Source: Squalus acanthias (Eukaryota). From it: a stretch of 64,000 nucleotides of DNA. Where the stretch lies: NCBI GenBank assembly GCA_030390025.1, contig CM059438.1, positions 54,500,001 to 54,564,000 on the forward strand. Direction: 5' to 3'. Position numbers and translations under genes: made by a program. The notes under the pieces were generated by a model. That model worked only from the letters and a program-made list of their open reading frames with translations. It ran no database searches and was not told the origin of the DNA. Positions 12,100 to 25,321 of the stretch are shown here, piece by piece. The first letter of the stretch is position 1. Each line of letters begins with the position of its first letter.

Positions 12100-13380
12100 G
12101 ACTGGAAGAGCTATAAAAAGCAACAAATGATTACAAAGGAAGTAACAAAGGTGCAAAAAGGGAATATGAACAAAAACTTGCAAGCGGTATCAAAGCCAAT
12201 TGTAATTATTTAATAAATTAAGAAAAAGAGAGTGGTCTGACTATCTAGTCGAATTTTCTGAGGCAATCACCAACAAGGTGGTCAGGGAAGTGTCAATTGA
12301 TGTTGTCTATACGGACTTCCAGAAGGCATTTGATAAATTTCCGCACAAGAGAATTCTAGCAAAAATGAGCGCACATGGAATTGGAGGCAGCTTGCGATAT
12401 GGGTTCATAATTGGGTGGGAGGTTGGAGACAGAGTGAAGGGATAAAAGGAATGTACTCTGATTGGCGGAATGTGACAAGTGGTATTCCCAGGGATCTGTA
12501 CTGGGGCCTCAGCTTTTCACCATATATATCAATGACTTGGATAAAAGAATAGAGAGTTGTATATCCAAGTTTGCAGATAAGTTGTGTAGATGGGAGCAGG
12601 AAGTCATAAAGGGACATAGACATTAAGTGAGTGGGCAAAACCGTGGCAGATGGCGTTCAACGTGGGGAAGTGTGCGGTCATCCATTTGGACTCCAAGAAA
12701 GACAAATCGGAATATTTTCTTAATGGTGAGAGACTAGAAATTGTGGAGGAGCAAAGGCATTTGGGTGTCCATGTACACAAATCACTAAAAGCTAGTGGAC
12801 AGGTACAAAAAGTAATCAAAAGGGCTAATGGAATATTGGCCTTTATCTTAAGAGGGTTGGAATACAAAAGTAACTAATGCTTCAGCTGTACAAAGACTTG
12901 CTCAGACCCCATGTGGAGTATTGCATTCAATTCTTTGCACCGCACCTCAGGAAGGATACATTAGTCTTGGAAGGTGTACAGTGTAGGTTTACCAGAATGA
13001 CACCGGGGCTTAAAGGGTTAAATTATAACGACAGGTTACATAAACTTGGGTTGTATTCCCTTGAGTTTAGAAGGTTGAGGGGTGATGTAATTGAAGTGTT
13101 TAAAATGATTAAAGGATTCGATAGAGTAGATACAGAGAAGCTACTTCCTCTGGTGGGAATCCAGAACAAAAGGACATAATCTTAAAATTAGTACCAGGCT
13201 ATTCAGGAGTGACATCAAGCATCACTTCTTTACCCAAGGTATAGTGGACATGTAGACTTCTCTCCCCAAAAGGCTGTGGATGCTGGATCAATTTAAATTT
13301 TCAAGGCTGAGATTGACAGATTTTTGTTAGATAGGGATATGGATCAAAGGCAGGAAAATGAAGTTGAGGTACAGATCACT
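12100..13380 (+). mobile_element. Older degraded CR1 LINE
   Basis: Fragmentary RT motifs in ORFs 12650-12877 and 12877-13179. Confidence 0.85.
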
Positions 13381-13384
13381 CATA

Positions 13385-14375
13385 CGAACAATGACAGATA
13401 GGTAAAGACCCTCTGGTCCATCCAGCTTGCCCACACAATTGTGATACCTTCTCCACCCCACCCAAAAACCATGTGATCTCCTGGGAGAGGTGAAAAACAG
13501 ATAAAATCCCAGACCAATTTGGGGGGAAAAATTCTGGGAAATTCCTTTCCGAGCAAAACTAGTCCAGGAGATCACTCTGGTACTGAATTCCCTGAAGTAC
13601 CTATCTTTTGTAAGAGGTGAGGTCTAACCAGAAACAGGTCCAGCTCTCACTTGAAAGAATTCAGCGAATCGGTGTCCACCACACGAGACAGCAGCCTGTT
13701 CCAGAGGTCCACTATTCTCTGGGAAAAGAACCACCTCCTGTCAGCTAACCTAAATCTGGCCTTACACAACTTAAAATTGTGATCTCTATCAGATCACCCC
13801 TAAGTCTACGCTTCTCTAAAGTGTAGCGACCCAACTCTTTTAGCCTATCTTGATAACCAAGATGCTTTATACTAGGAATCAGTCTAGTGACCCTCCTCTG
13901 CACCCATACCAAAGCCTCAATATCACCCGCCATGTGAGGAGACCGAAACTGGACACAGTATTCCAAGTGAGGCCTGATCAAGGTCTTGAACAAGGTCAAA
14001 ATAGTATGCCTCGTCTTATCATCAATTGTCCTATGAATGCACCCTAACACTATTTACTCTAGCTATCACTTCATGGCATTGCTCATATACCTTGAGAGAT
14101 TTATACCTTGAGAGATTTATGCACTAGAACACCCAGATCACTTTCTTTCTCCACCTTCTTTAATACTTTCTCTGAAGGGTGTATGAATGTTGAGCATTTG
14201 CCCTGCCCACATGCATAACACCGCACTTATCCAAATTAAACATAATTTGCCAGTCATGACCTAATCTCCCAACACATTAAGATTCACCTGAAGCAGTCGA
14301 GCATCATCTAAAGTCCTAACACTCTGCACATTTGCAGATCTCGGCCCAAACACCTACATCTAGATCATTAATAAA
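13385..14375 (-). mobile_element. CR1 LINE 3' fragment (divergent subfamily)
   Basis: ORF 13745-14050 has [11 protein letters not shown]...LEKRRLRGDLI. Confidence 0.8.
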
Positions 14376-14444
14376 AATAATTATGATCTAATGGAATGGC
14401 GGAATAGGCTCAAGGGGCTGAATGGACACCCCTGTTCCTATGTC

Positions 14445-15195
14445 CCCTTCCACCATCCTCACCCTCTTTCCTCCTGCTTTACCCTCTACCCTTCTAGTTT
14501 CATCCCTCATATCTCCCTCCCCTGGTCCTCAGTGCCCCTCCCTTTGCTTACCATTTTTCTGTCTTTCTCTCTCTTTGCTCTCCTGCTCTCTCCTCTACTT
14601 CCTCTCATCTCATCCCTACGCTCCATTTCCTGTCCTCCCCTTTCCTTCTTCCTCTCCATCTCTCTCCCTCCCTTCCCCTCAACCCATCCTCACCTTCTCT
14701 CCCTCCCTCTCCCTATCCTCACCCCTCCTCTCCCTGCCTCACCTAATCCCCAGTCTCCCTCCTCTGTCCTCACCCTCTCTGCCCTCGCCCCTATCCGCTC
14801 CTCCCCTCCCCATGGTCCTCTACTCTTTCCTTTCCTTCCACATCCCTACTGTCTCCTCTTCTCTCCACCTCACCCTGTCCCCAGTCCATCTCCCCGTCCT
14901 ACTCCTCTCTGCCCTCTTCCCTATCCCGTAAATGCTACTCTACTCTCCTCTCCCTTCTACCTCTCTCTTCTCCCCCTCCCCTTCCAACCTCTCCTCTTTG
15001 CATTACCCCATCCCTAGTCCACCTCTTATCTTCTCCCTTCCTCTCCCTTTTCTTTTCACCCCTCCTTCTGCCTCATTCTGTCCCGTGTCCTCACTTTCTT
15101 CCCTCATCTTTCCCTCTACCTCCTCTCCTTTTCTCTCCCCTGCATTACCCTTTCCCTTCTTCTCTCCCTCTCTCCTCCTCTACCCCCTCTCCCAA
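14445..15195. repeat. About 750-nt low-complexity polypyrimidine (CT-rich) tract; shorter tracts at 10175-10400 and (GA)n at 10838-10915
   Basis: Almost entirely C/T on the plus strand, and the source of the spurious Pro/Ser/Leu-rich ORFs. Confidence 0.9.
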
Positions 15196-15571
15196 AAAGT
15201 GCCCCAGTTTTGACTCCCCACATGTAATGCCACGGGAAATTGACTAGCAAATATATAAATGGTAATCATTTTTTTGTTGCAAGTGTGGCTGTTCTTGCAA
15301 GTGATCATTTCCTGGTTATCTTCCAGCAGTGACTAAAACTTTTTTCATGTGTAAGTACTGAAAATCGTAATTACCACCAAACCATGGATCAACCCATTGC
15401 AGTTATGCTTAATATGCTGTGCAATACTGCAACTGCATGACATTGAATAAATACAACATATTACAGCACCAAATGATCCTTCGCACATCTATATGTTCCA
15501 GAGAGTTGGAATGGTAACCAATGTTATACTTTTCCATTTAGTTAGAAACGACATTAGAGAACAACAAGTCA

Positions 15572-15727
<156 letters not shown>

Positions 15728-16289
15728 TTAACACAACCAATATCTCAGATTATTTAAATGTAGTATACTGTAGCTTTGGGAAGGAAAGCGGTGCCAATAA
15801 AGGAGTTCAACATACTCCTAACTACAAGTAACCTAAAATATTCTACTTTTCATTCAATCCATAGATTGGTTACAATTTATATATACTAAATGTTGCAACT
15901 GGATTTCTACACTGAATATATATTCTGGTACATATTAAATATTAAAAATCCTGCGTATGTCACACAATTCCTGCCTACACACTTTGCTTGTAGGTCACGA
16001 TTTTGAGTCATGCTTTTTATGTCAATGCTAGTGGATCTCCCGTGCATTGCTCATGGGAAGTAGGAACATACTGGCTTAGACATTCAATCGCACCCAAAAA
16101 CAGGTGCTCAGGGACCACATGAAATTGGTGCTGGGAACTTACTAAAATGATACAGGTGGCCACCAGCATTACCAATGCCCTTCATTGGCTGCACACCTGT
16201 GTGAGGAGGCTGGAAATCGGGCATCTATGATGCCACTTAAAGGCAGCCAGAACCTTTTAAATGTGAGGTGCACTCACAGACAGCTAGGA

Positions 16290-17600
16290 ATGCTTCTGAA
16301 GAGAAAAATGGCTGAAAGTTCCAAATAGGGCACCCAGGTTCTCCAATACTGCTTAGGAGGCCCTGGTCCAGGCAGTGGGCAGCAGATCGCAGAGGTCAAT
16401 GCCAGGAGTCTAGCTCCCAGGACATGGCTGCAATGCCAGAAAAAGTTCAATGAGCTCACCGGAGTTGTCAAGGTAAGAATCCTGCTCTCTTACTCTCTAC
16501 TCACACCCCTACCACCTCTAGCCTTACTGCTCACAATACCTCCCACCACTCTCCTACAATCACTGTACCACACTTCACTCTGCCTCCTTTGTCTTATACT
16601 CACACACTCACCACTAATGCAACCCTTACTTCCCCATACCTCACATCTTAACACATTGCAAACCAACTAATCTACCATGACAGGCACATTCTCTAAACAC
16701 CTCACAAGACTGTCACTAATGCACTCCCTTCTTTCTTGCAGGATAAGGTTGCCCACAATCTCTGCCGAGCCCACCTGCCTTCACACCCTCTCCCCCATGA
16801 GAGAAAGCGGCTGGCCATTATGGGCGGGGGAGAGCTATGGCAGTGGCGAGTGGCAACACGGGAGGAGACGTCGTGCAGGGTTACTTCACAATTTCTCGTT
16901 TTCCCTTCTTACTTCTATCTCACCCGACACACTGCATGACAAACTGCAGCTGCTTTCACCAGCCACTTCCACCAGCCACTTCTCTCTCTCTGCTCTCCCT
17001 TCATACTAAACGCTAACCCTTGTTCCTCTTTCATTTCAGGTGCTGAAAATATGGAGATACCTCTGCCACTTTAGGAAGAGGAGGCCAGCCTTCCTGAAGA
17101 TGCAGCATTACTCGATCTGGTTCTTGCATGCATCAGCTCAGATACTAGCACCGTGTGTATTTTAGAGGCTAGGCTAGAGGAAGAGTCTTCAGATGGTGAA
17201 TCACTGGGCACAAGTGTGCAGGAGCCAGGGCTAGGGGATAGGAGGCCACAGATGCCAGCTTGGCAGAGGGCGAGATTGCATACTAGTTCCGCTGTAGAAG
17301 ACTCAAATACAAACTTCGAGGCTACCAAATAAGGCTGATAGGCATCAACCGGGAAATGCTAGGTGCACTGGGCAGCCTGACAATGAGCTTGCGTGCAATG
17401 TCTCACAGCATGGCAGTGCCCAGCTCCAACTTGTGTCAAGGTTTCGTGCAGAGCATGGAGACCATTCTGTCCAACATGGATCAAGTGGTCAGCTCCATCA
17501 ACACAACAGTGGCTTCCACCATCATGGAACTTTACTGACAGCTCACACTGCTGCCATCTTGGCTTTGGGGGCTACCATTGACAGGGTCTTCCAGAGTGTC
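16290..17600 (+). pseudogene. Decayed Harbinger Myb/SANT partner gene (older family) with three exon remnants
   Basis: WEQIAEVNARSLAPRTWLQCQKKFNELTGVVK|gtaaga (about 16376-16471), ttgcag|DKVAHN (about 16742) and tttcag| at about 17040. This is the same exon plan as the Myb genes at 29679-31636 and 44741-46671. Confidence 0.75.
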
Positions 17601-18640
17601 CTTTTCAGCTACGTGAAGAGTCAGAGGACCGTCAAAGACTGTTTTGGGCTATTGAAAAATGCGCAAGCACAGGTCAGAAAAATCTCTCAAGAGTACGGTG
17701 GAGATACTAAATAAGTACTTTGCATCAGTCTTCATTCTTGAAGATGATGCTCATCTGACAAAATTAAATGGCACTGTAGGCAATAAAATCATTAATATAA
17801 AAATAGATGAACATATTGTTTTAAAAAGAATTACAGTAAAACATATAAATTAGGGAGACCTGAGGAACACATCAGGTGTCCTTTATTTACAGGTGCCCTT
17901 ATTTAAAAAATTATCATTGAATGCACAGTAAACCGGATGAGCCAAATATCCCAGGATTGGCTCTATCTCCTGAAGTGTTTCTTCTTTTTTTTGCTCTCAC
18001 CTTGGATCGTGCCTAATTCTGGATCCCTGCCAGCGGGATGTGATTTCAGTTCTATTTTCTGTTTGTTGGGTTTCCCAGCTCATTGCCATCCTGGGGCACT
18101 TTTCCATTGAGGGAAGGATGTTAAAAGGGATGTCCTGATCCTGGGATCTGCTACCTTGGCAGCCTGCACAGGTTGAGGTGGCTGCTGTAGGGCTGGAGTG
18201 CCTGGGAGATCCCAGCCAAATTGTGGGGGACATAATGTCCTACAGACCCCTGTCCGGGACTGCCTACCTCTTGTGTGCTGCAGCTGCTAATGTTTGAAGT
18301 GCTGGGGGGTGGGTAGGGGGCTGTGACCCTCCAAACGCAGCTTTACTTTTCCCGCTCAAGCGTCTTCAGTTGGCCTGAGTGCTCCGCTCGCGTGTGGTGC
18401 CAGTTGCTCTCAGTCCTCCTGCGCAGCCACTTTCACACTTGGTATCCATGCTCCTCTGCTCTGCACTTAATACCGTTTTAAATTAGAAATACCTAATAAT
18501 ATTAGACAGGAATGGAAAAAAATGGATTTAACTACCTGAAGTTGGATGGCGTGCTGTTCAACAGACAGAAGTTTGAAGGACTGCCCAGTTAGGGTTACCA
18601 ACTCTGGTTGGAGGCAATCCTGGAGGTTTCATCACATGAT

Positions 18641-19328
18641 GGCCCGTATTTTCCGATCCCTACGGGTGTGTACGAACTGTGTACACACCGTCGGGATTTC
18701 GCAAGTGCCAGTTTCAGGCATGCGAAGCGCATGTGCTGAAAACCGGCACTTCCAATCTGTCAAGAATCCTCTTGACAGATCCTGCACCTGCCCCGGAGAA
18801 GGGCCTCTGCGGGTGGAGTGTTCCGCTTTCTGCAGAACCTCCGCCCGCTGAAATCCTTTAAAAATCTTACGCCTGGTAAAAGCAGGCGCAATAATTTTAA
18901 AATACTTTTGTAAAAAGGTAAGTCTATTTTTAGCCCCATAAAAAACGTTAATTTTTTTTTTGTTTAAAATATTTAATTTAATGTAATTTTAATTAATTTT
19001 TAAAACGTGATTAAAAAAAAATTATTTAATGTTTTGACGTGTTTTTGGAGTGATCTCCATTCATACTTTTGACGGGTCTAAGCTGAGAGACCTGGCAAAA
19101 GTACGAAGGGGGATTCCCTTCTTCCATTGGTTCCCCATGGCCCACGTGATACCAGGGACGCTTGCGAACTGCATGCGCCCCTGGGATATCTGGGCCCTGC
19201 GCATTTCGTAGTGGAGGCGCCCAGGAGTGGAAATGCCCGGACCTCCGGAGCCCTCAGGTAAGGGCGTAGATTTTTTCCAGATCGGAGGCCTCCGCACGCA
19301 GGAAGCCTCCGATCGGAAAATGCGGGCC
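18641..19328. mobile_element. Non-autonomous PIF/Harbinger-type MITE, 688 bp
   Basis: TIRs GGCCCGTATTTTCCGATC and GATCGGAAAATGCGGGCC, with a 3-bp TSD GAT on both sides and an AT-rich core. Confidence 0.85.
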
Positions 19329-19839
19329 GATGTTCTGACCACGTGGCTATTACAAATGTTATTGCAATTTCCTTGTAAAGGTCGAGTTCCCTGTACTGGA
19401 GTATTTTTGCTTCTGGTTTCATGCCAGCAGCTGTTGCGCGAGATGTTCCAAAAACCAGGAAGCCAGGCCGCCTGTGAGCAGGCAAAGAGTGGAAACCAAG
19501 AAATTACAGCACAGGGGGAAGCCTCGAGCCCCCAATGCTAGCGCTCTCTCCTGTAACCCCCAGAACCTTTTATATTTTTCCTTTTCAGATATTTATCCCC
19601 TTCCCTTTCATATTAAACATTAGTCTCTACTTCAATAGCTACATGTGGTGAAGGATCCCACGGTCTAATAGCCCTCACTTTAAACACCTCTCTCCTCCCT
19701 TCCCTCTTGGTTCTTCTACTTTACTGGCTGCTCCTCTCAAGTGCTACGCCCACTCCAGGTTGTTTCTGCTGCTCCTGGCTCTGCAGAGAATGATGGTGCC
19801 TATCCACACTCCACTTGAACCCCAATCTCCTGACTCCTA

Positions 19840-20717
19840 GGGGGAAAAATTCGGTTGCTTTGCGCCTCCCGTTAGCACCCTAAGAGGGCGCTAATGGGGC
19901 ACAAAGCAACTAGCGCCCGGGCGCGGCGATGTTTGCGCCGCTCGCAAAATTGACCAGACATTTTGCGGCGGCACTAAACACTACCGCCACGATCTCCTGC
20001 GCCCGCAGATCGAGACGTCAGTCGAGCGTGCAACGCCCTGGAACGGATATTGAGTGGTGCCCCCTGCCTTACCTCCTGCCGTTCGTAACGACAGGTTGAG
20101 GGGAGCGTTTTGCAGTCGGGAAGGGACTGGGGGAGCACTATTTAAAAGCGACTGCTTCCTTTCCTTTTTTTGTTGGTGATATTTTTGCACCACGCATTCT
20201 GAGAGAGACACACTTCTGGAGAGATTTAACGCTGTGTTGAGGAGTTTTGGGTACTGAGCAGCACTTTGCAGGTTCATTTTGATTTGACCTTCCTTGCACC
20301 GATTTAGAAGAGACTGTGGGGGCTGCACTCTGAGCTCTTTCCCTAGGCCTCTCCATTGTTCTTTCCAGCAGATTTGATGTACAGGTCTCTCCAGGCTGAG
20401 ATTCAAGGCTGCAATGAGCAGGGTGTGGATGTTGAGCAAGATCGACCCTCCCCTTTAAGAACTGGCCGGCGCCAGTGTGTCTGTGTTCCATTGCTGACTG
20501 ACATCACATGAGCTTCGCCAGCGCTCTGAGGTAGCGCCTCGCTCCTCGGCGTTAGCGCCTTAAGAGAGGTGTGAAGCGCCTGATTTAGCGCTCCAATCAC
20601 CTCCAGGGGCGATAGAAGCCAAGTTTGCAGTCGGAGGCGATAATTAGCGTCAGGCGTTAAACTTTGCGCCCGGCCGATAATTGCGCCCCAAACGGGGCGA
20701 TACCGAATTTCTCCCCC
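19840..20717. mobile_element. Non-autonomous PIF/Harbinger-type MITE, 878 bp
   Basis: TIRs GGGGGAAAAATTCGGT and ACCGAATTTCTCCCCC, with TSD CTA. Subterminal (T)AGCGCC-like motifs repeat, and the element is CpG-rich. Confidence 0.85.
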
Positions 20718-21129
20718 CTAGTCCCCTATACTCCCTGAGCCCCCATTCCCCATCTCTCCCTCCCGAATATCAATTCCCCAGTCTCCATCTCTTCACAGTC
20801 TCAATTTCAGAGCGCCCCCTCCCCAATTTCAGAAGCCCTCCCCCGGAATGCTGAGACCACCTCATTTTAGACCCACTCCTGAATGTCGACACCCATGATT
20901 CTCAACTCTCCAACCCCCTCCTGACTGCGCTCCACACAGTAGCGGCTCTCTGTGGCGGTGGTTGGGTGACGTCACGGAGTGGAGGATGGCACATTGTGGC
21001 AGGAAATTTAATGCGATGATCGCCACATAAATAACCACCACAATAAAATTCAATGATCTCCCAAGCTGCTAGAGGCAGCGTCCTGGAGACCCATGCCCCA
21101 TTGCGCGAGAGTACCGGTCATTTATTCTT

Positions 21130-22460
21130 CAAGATTATGAAAGGGTTTGATAGGGTAGACGCAGAGAAGATGTTTCCACTTGTGGGCTAGACCAGAACTA
21201 GGGACATAAATATAAGATAAGTCACTAATAAATCCAATAGGGAATTCAGGAGAGACTTATTTACCCAGAGAGTGGTTAGAATGTGAAACTTGCTACCACA
21301 GGGAGTAGTTGAGGCGAATAGCATAGCTGCATTCAAGGGGAAGATAGATAAATACATGAGGGAGAAAGGAATAGAAGGTTATGTTGACGGGGTGAGATGA
21401 AGTGGGGTGGGAGGAGTATCATGTGAAGGATAAACACCGGCATGGACCTGTTGGGCCGAATGGCTTGTTTCTGGGCTGTAAATACTTTGTAATAGTTCCC
21501 GGCTTTTGTGGAATGGGAAGTTCTATACCAAGCATCCATAGAGGCAAAGAAACCGCTCTATCCCTGGGATAGAACCGTGCAAGCATTCAATCCCAGAGTG
21601 GTTTCTCTGCCGCTATGGATGTTGGGTAAAGAAATCTCCATTCCACAAAAGTCAATTTTTTCACCCACTGCCGCCTCGCACTTACCTGCGTGTTTTAACT
21701 GCATATAGACTTGGTGCATTGAAGTAATATACACTTAATGGCACAGTTTTAAAGAGGGACCTGGGAGTTAATGTGCATAGGTCCCTGAAGGTGGCAGGAC
21801 ATATTGAGAAAGTGGTTAGCAAAGCATATGGGATCTTGGGCTTCATAAATAGAGGTATTGAGTACAAAAGTAGAGAAGTTATGCTGAATCTTTATAAAGC
21901 GCTGGTTAGGTCACAACTGGAGTATTATGTCCAGTTCTGGTCACCACACTTGAGGAAGGATGTGAAGGCACTTGAGAGGGTGCAGAGGAGATTTACCAGA
22001 ATGGTTCCGGGGATGGGGGATCTTAGCTACAAGGACAGGCTGGGGAAGCTGGATTTGTTTTCATTAGAGCAAAGGAGGTTGAGGGGTGATTTGATAGAGG
22101 TGTACAAGATTATGACGGGTTTGGATAGGCTAGACGGGGAAAGGCTGTTCCCACTAGTTGATGGTACAAGGACTAGGGGACACAGATTTAAGGTTTTGGG
22201 CAAGAGACACAGGGGGATGTGAGGAAAAACTTTTTTACGCAGCAAGTGGTGAGGATCTAGAACTCACTGCTGACGGAAGTGGTGGAAGCGGAGACACTCA
22301 ATGTTTTCAAGGGGAGACTGGATAGACACTTGAGGGAAATAAACTTGCAGGGCTACGGGGATAGGGCGGGGGAATGGGACTGACTGGATTGCTCTACAGA
22401 GAGCTGGCACAGACTCGATGGGCCAAATGGCCTCCTTCTGTGCCGTTATGACTCTATGAC
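21130..22460 (+). mobile_element. Two CR1 3' fragments (about 21130-21495 and 21725-22460)
   Basis: ORF 21773-22222 has RT C-terminal motifs, followed by CR1 3'UTR tails. Confidence 0.88.
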
Positions 22461-23359
22461 GCCTGTCGCCAGATGGAGGCTTTCAGACCGTGCAGCCCTC
22501 AGTCGGGTCCAGTTAAAATGGAGTGGGCGTCCAGATCACATCATCAGGATGCGAATTTGGCCATTTAAATGAGGCTCTTGCTCCTCTGGGCTGGGTAGTC
22601 TTCCCATTCCTGATTTCAGGCTAGTTAAGGCGGTGGGGGGCGGGAACATTATGGGAACCACCCTCTGCCTTCTTAACGCCCTGTATGCCCACGTTCCTGC
22701 CAGGTGAGGGGGGCTAAAATTCCCCGATTTTTCTCAGAACCCCTGTTAGCTTTGATTCAGAATTATCAAATTATAAGTTCTTTGAAGGAGAAGGGAAATT
22801 TTATATGCTAACTCTACGGACTGGTGTATCTGAGCTCCGTGACTTACTAAGCAAATAGGGATCTATTATGAAGAGCAATTTAGGACTGGCATTTTTCTCA
22901 CAGGGTAGACACCACTGTCATTGTGATGGCTAATTTAACTCACAACAGTTGTATTTATATATTAAACAGGGAGGCTATCTTGTCATCTTCAGTCTTCTAT
23001 TTGCCTGGGCTTTATAAGCAGTTCAGAATAGGAACTCTGTAAGCAAACACCTCATGTATTTCCCGCATTGTGTTACCAAGAATGTGCTGAAAGAGACTCT
23101 AAGAAGCAGCTTCCTCAAAAGCGCATATATCCCCCTGGGGACTGATTTTCTTAAATAGTAAGCTGTTTAGTATTCTGCTGTGTGTTTTGAATTCTGTGTG
23201 TTATTTCATCAGGAAATAAACCTGACTGGGAAGTTTAGCCCGTATACAGTTGTCCAGCAGCATATTATTTTTCCACCTTTGCGGCGACAAGAAAATGTGG
23301 TGCGCATTGCAAGTGAGAGATAGAATGGGAAAGGTGAGAGTAGAGCAAGAATGGGCTGT

Positions 23360-24355
23360 GTGAAGTATCAAGTATGGCACCAAAGAGCCCTCGCAAAACT
23401 GAAGTCAATGGGAGCCAATGGAAAAACTCTCCAGTGGCTTGAGTCATACCTGAAGATGGTTTTGGTTCTCAGAGACCAATCACAGCAGCCCCAGGACATC
23501 ACAGCTGAGTTCCTCAGGCAGTGTCCAGGCCCAAACATTTTCAACTGCTTTATCAATGACGTTCCCTTCATCACAAGTGATAATTACACAGTGTTTAGCT
23601 GCATTCATAACTCCTCTGGGTTGACAAGTGGCAGGTAACATTTTGTTAACATAAGTGCCAGGCAATGACCATCTCCAGTAAGAGAAAGCTGAATCACCTA
23701 ACCCTGACTTTCAAAGTAATCCTCATTTCCAAACTCACCCACTATCAACATACCAGAAGCTTAACTATACCATTCATATCCACACCATGACTATCGGAGC
23801 AGTGCTGAGGTTATATACTCTATGAAGGGTAGCTTACCTCCTTGGCCTATCAGTACCTCTCCACCATCTACAAGGCTCAAGTCAGGAGCATGATGGAACA
23901 CTAACCACTTGACTAGATGGGTGCAGCAGCAACAATACACAAGAATCTATAACCGTCCAGGACAGATCCATCTGATCAGTGCCCCACCATGAACTCAATC
24001 TCCACCTCCTCTACCCCTGGTGGAATCTGGCTGCCGTACATACTATCTACAGGATGCACTGCAACAAATAGCCAAGCTTACTTTGGTAAAACCTCTCTCC
24101 CATGCAACTTTTACCATTGAGATGGACACAAGCAGCAATTTCATGGAAATACCATCACCTCCAATTTACTTGAATATATGTTGCTTTATTGTCACTGGGT
24201 CAACATCCTGCAATTCCCTTCAAAACGCCATCGTGAGAGTTGCATCATTCTGAGGACTGCAGTGGTTTAAGGAGATGGGCCACCATCTCATGGCAACCAG
24301 GGATGGGCAATAAATGTGGCCTCACAAGTGTCGTTCATATTCCAAGAACAAAAAA
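23360..24355 (+). mobile_element. Degraded 3' part of the second non-LTR family
   Basis: VWHQRALAKL, GPNIFNCFIND and the tail gggatgggcaataaatgtggcc, shared with 57030-58850. Confidence 0.75.
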
Positions 24356-25321
24356 TAAATAAATTGTGGGGAAAAGATAATATAGTACCACCTAGTAGTG
24401 TGACAGGTAAACGTTATTTTGTCATTTAGCTATTAGAGCATCATCTTGTGGCATGACAGATGAAGGTTACAGGTACGTGTCAACATTTGTAACATTGTAA
24501 TTCCCATAGAAAATGTTTACAAAGTAGTTTTCAAAGGAGCGCATGCCCATGACAAATTTTTAAGATATATAGATTATAGATTGCGTGTTATGTCTTCTAT
24601 TACTATAAAGTAGTATTATCCTCGACTCACTGAGTAATACCACATGAATCTGCTAGTAGTGACCTGGGTTCAAATCCAGCACAGACTGATCGAATGAAAG
24701 TCTGCTCTGTCTGCTGGCTGTAAGCATTCTATATCAGTGCTTGATAAATGTTAGGTGCACTAACATGGCTCACTTTGATGAATACAAAAATTTGAAGAAG
24801 TCTAGCATCTTGTGCCCAGCAGGCATCTGTAGCATCCTTTCAAAATTTCATACCTGAAAGTGTGGCTTCAGAGACACACTTAGGGCAAACAAATCACGAA
24901 TGTCTTATCTGTTAAATTATCAATTAAATTATCTTGTCAACTAAATGCAAATGCAGCAAAAAGTCCCAGTACCCAGAAGAAAAGCAAGAAATCAAACTCG
25001 ACAATTTTTTCCAAAGCTATCATTCATAAACTATCAAGTACCATAAAACCAACCGTCAAATTGCTCAAATAATTTCTTCCAATTGTTTTCATTTGCCATT
25101 TTCCTTCTTCGTTCAAATCAGAGCATACAACAATAAACAACATTTATAAAATAACAAACATATAAACAATCATATTGTTCTGATTTTTAAAAATACTAAA
25201 CTTTCTCATAAAATTTGTTATTATTGTCTAATGCTAGAGATCCCTGCGAGATGTTTCCGAACATGGGTCTGCCTAGACCTGGGACGTAAGTTGAAAAAAT
25301 CATTTGGGCTTTGGGTACTCT

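Noticed and set aside
14391..15213. Pro/Ser/Leu-rich ORFs
   Set aside because: These are artefacts of a stop-poor CT-rich tract (likewise 10123-10402).
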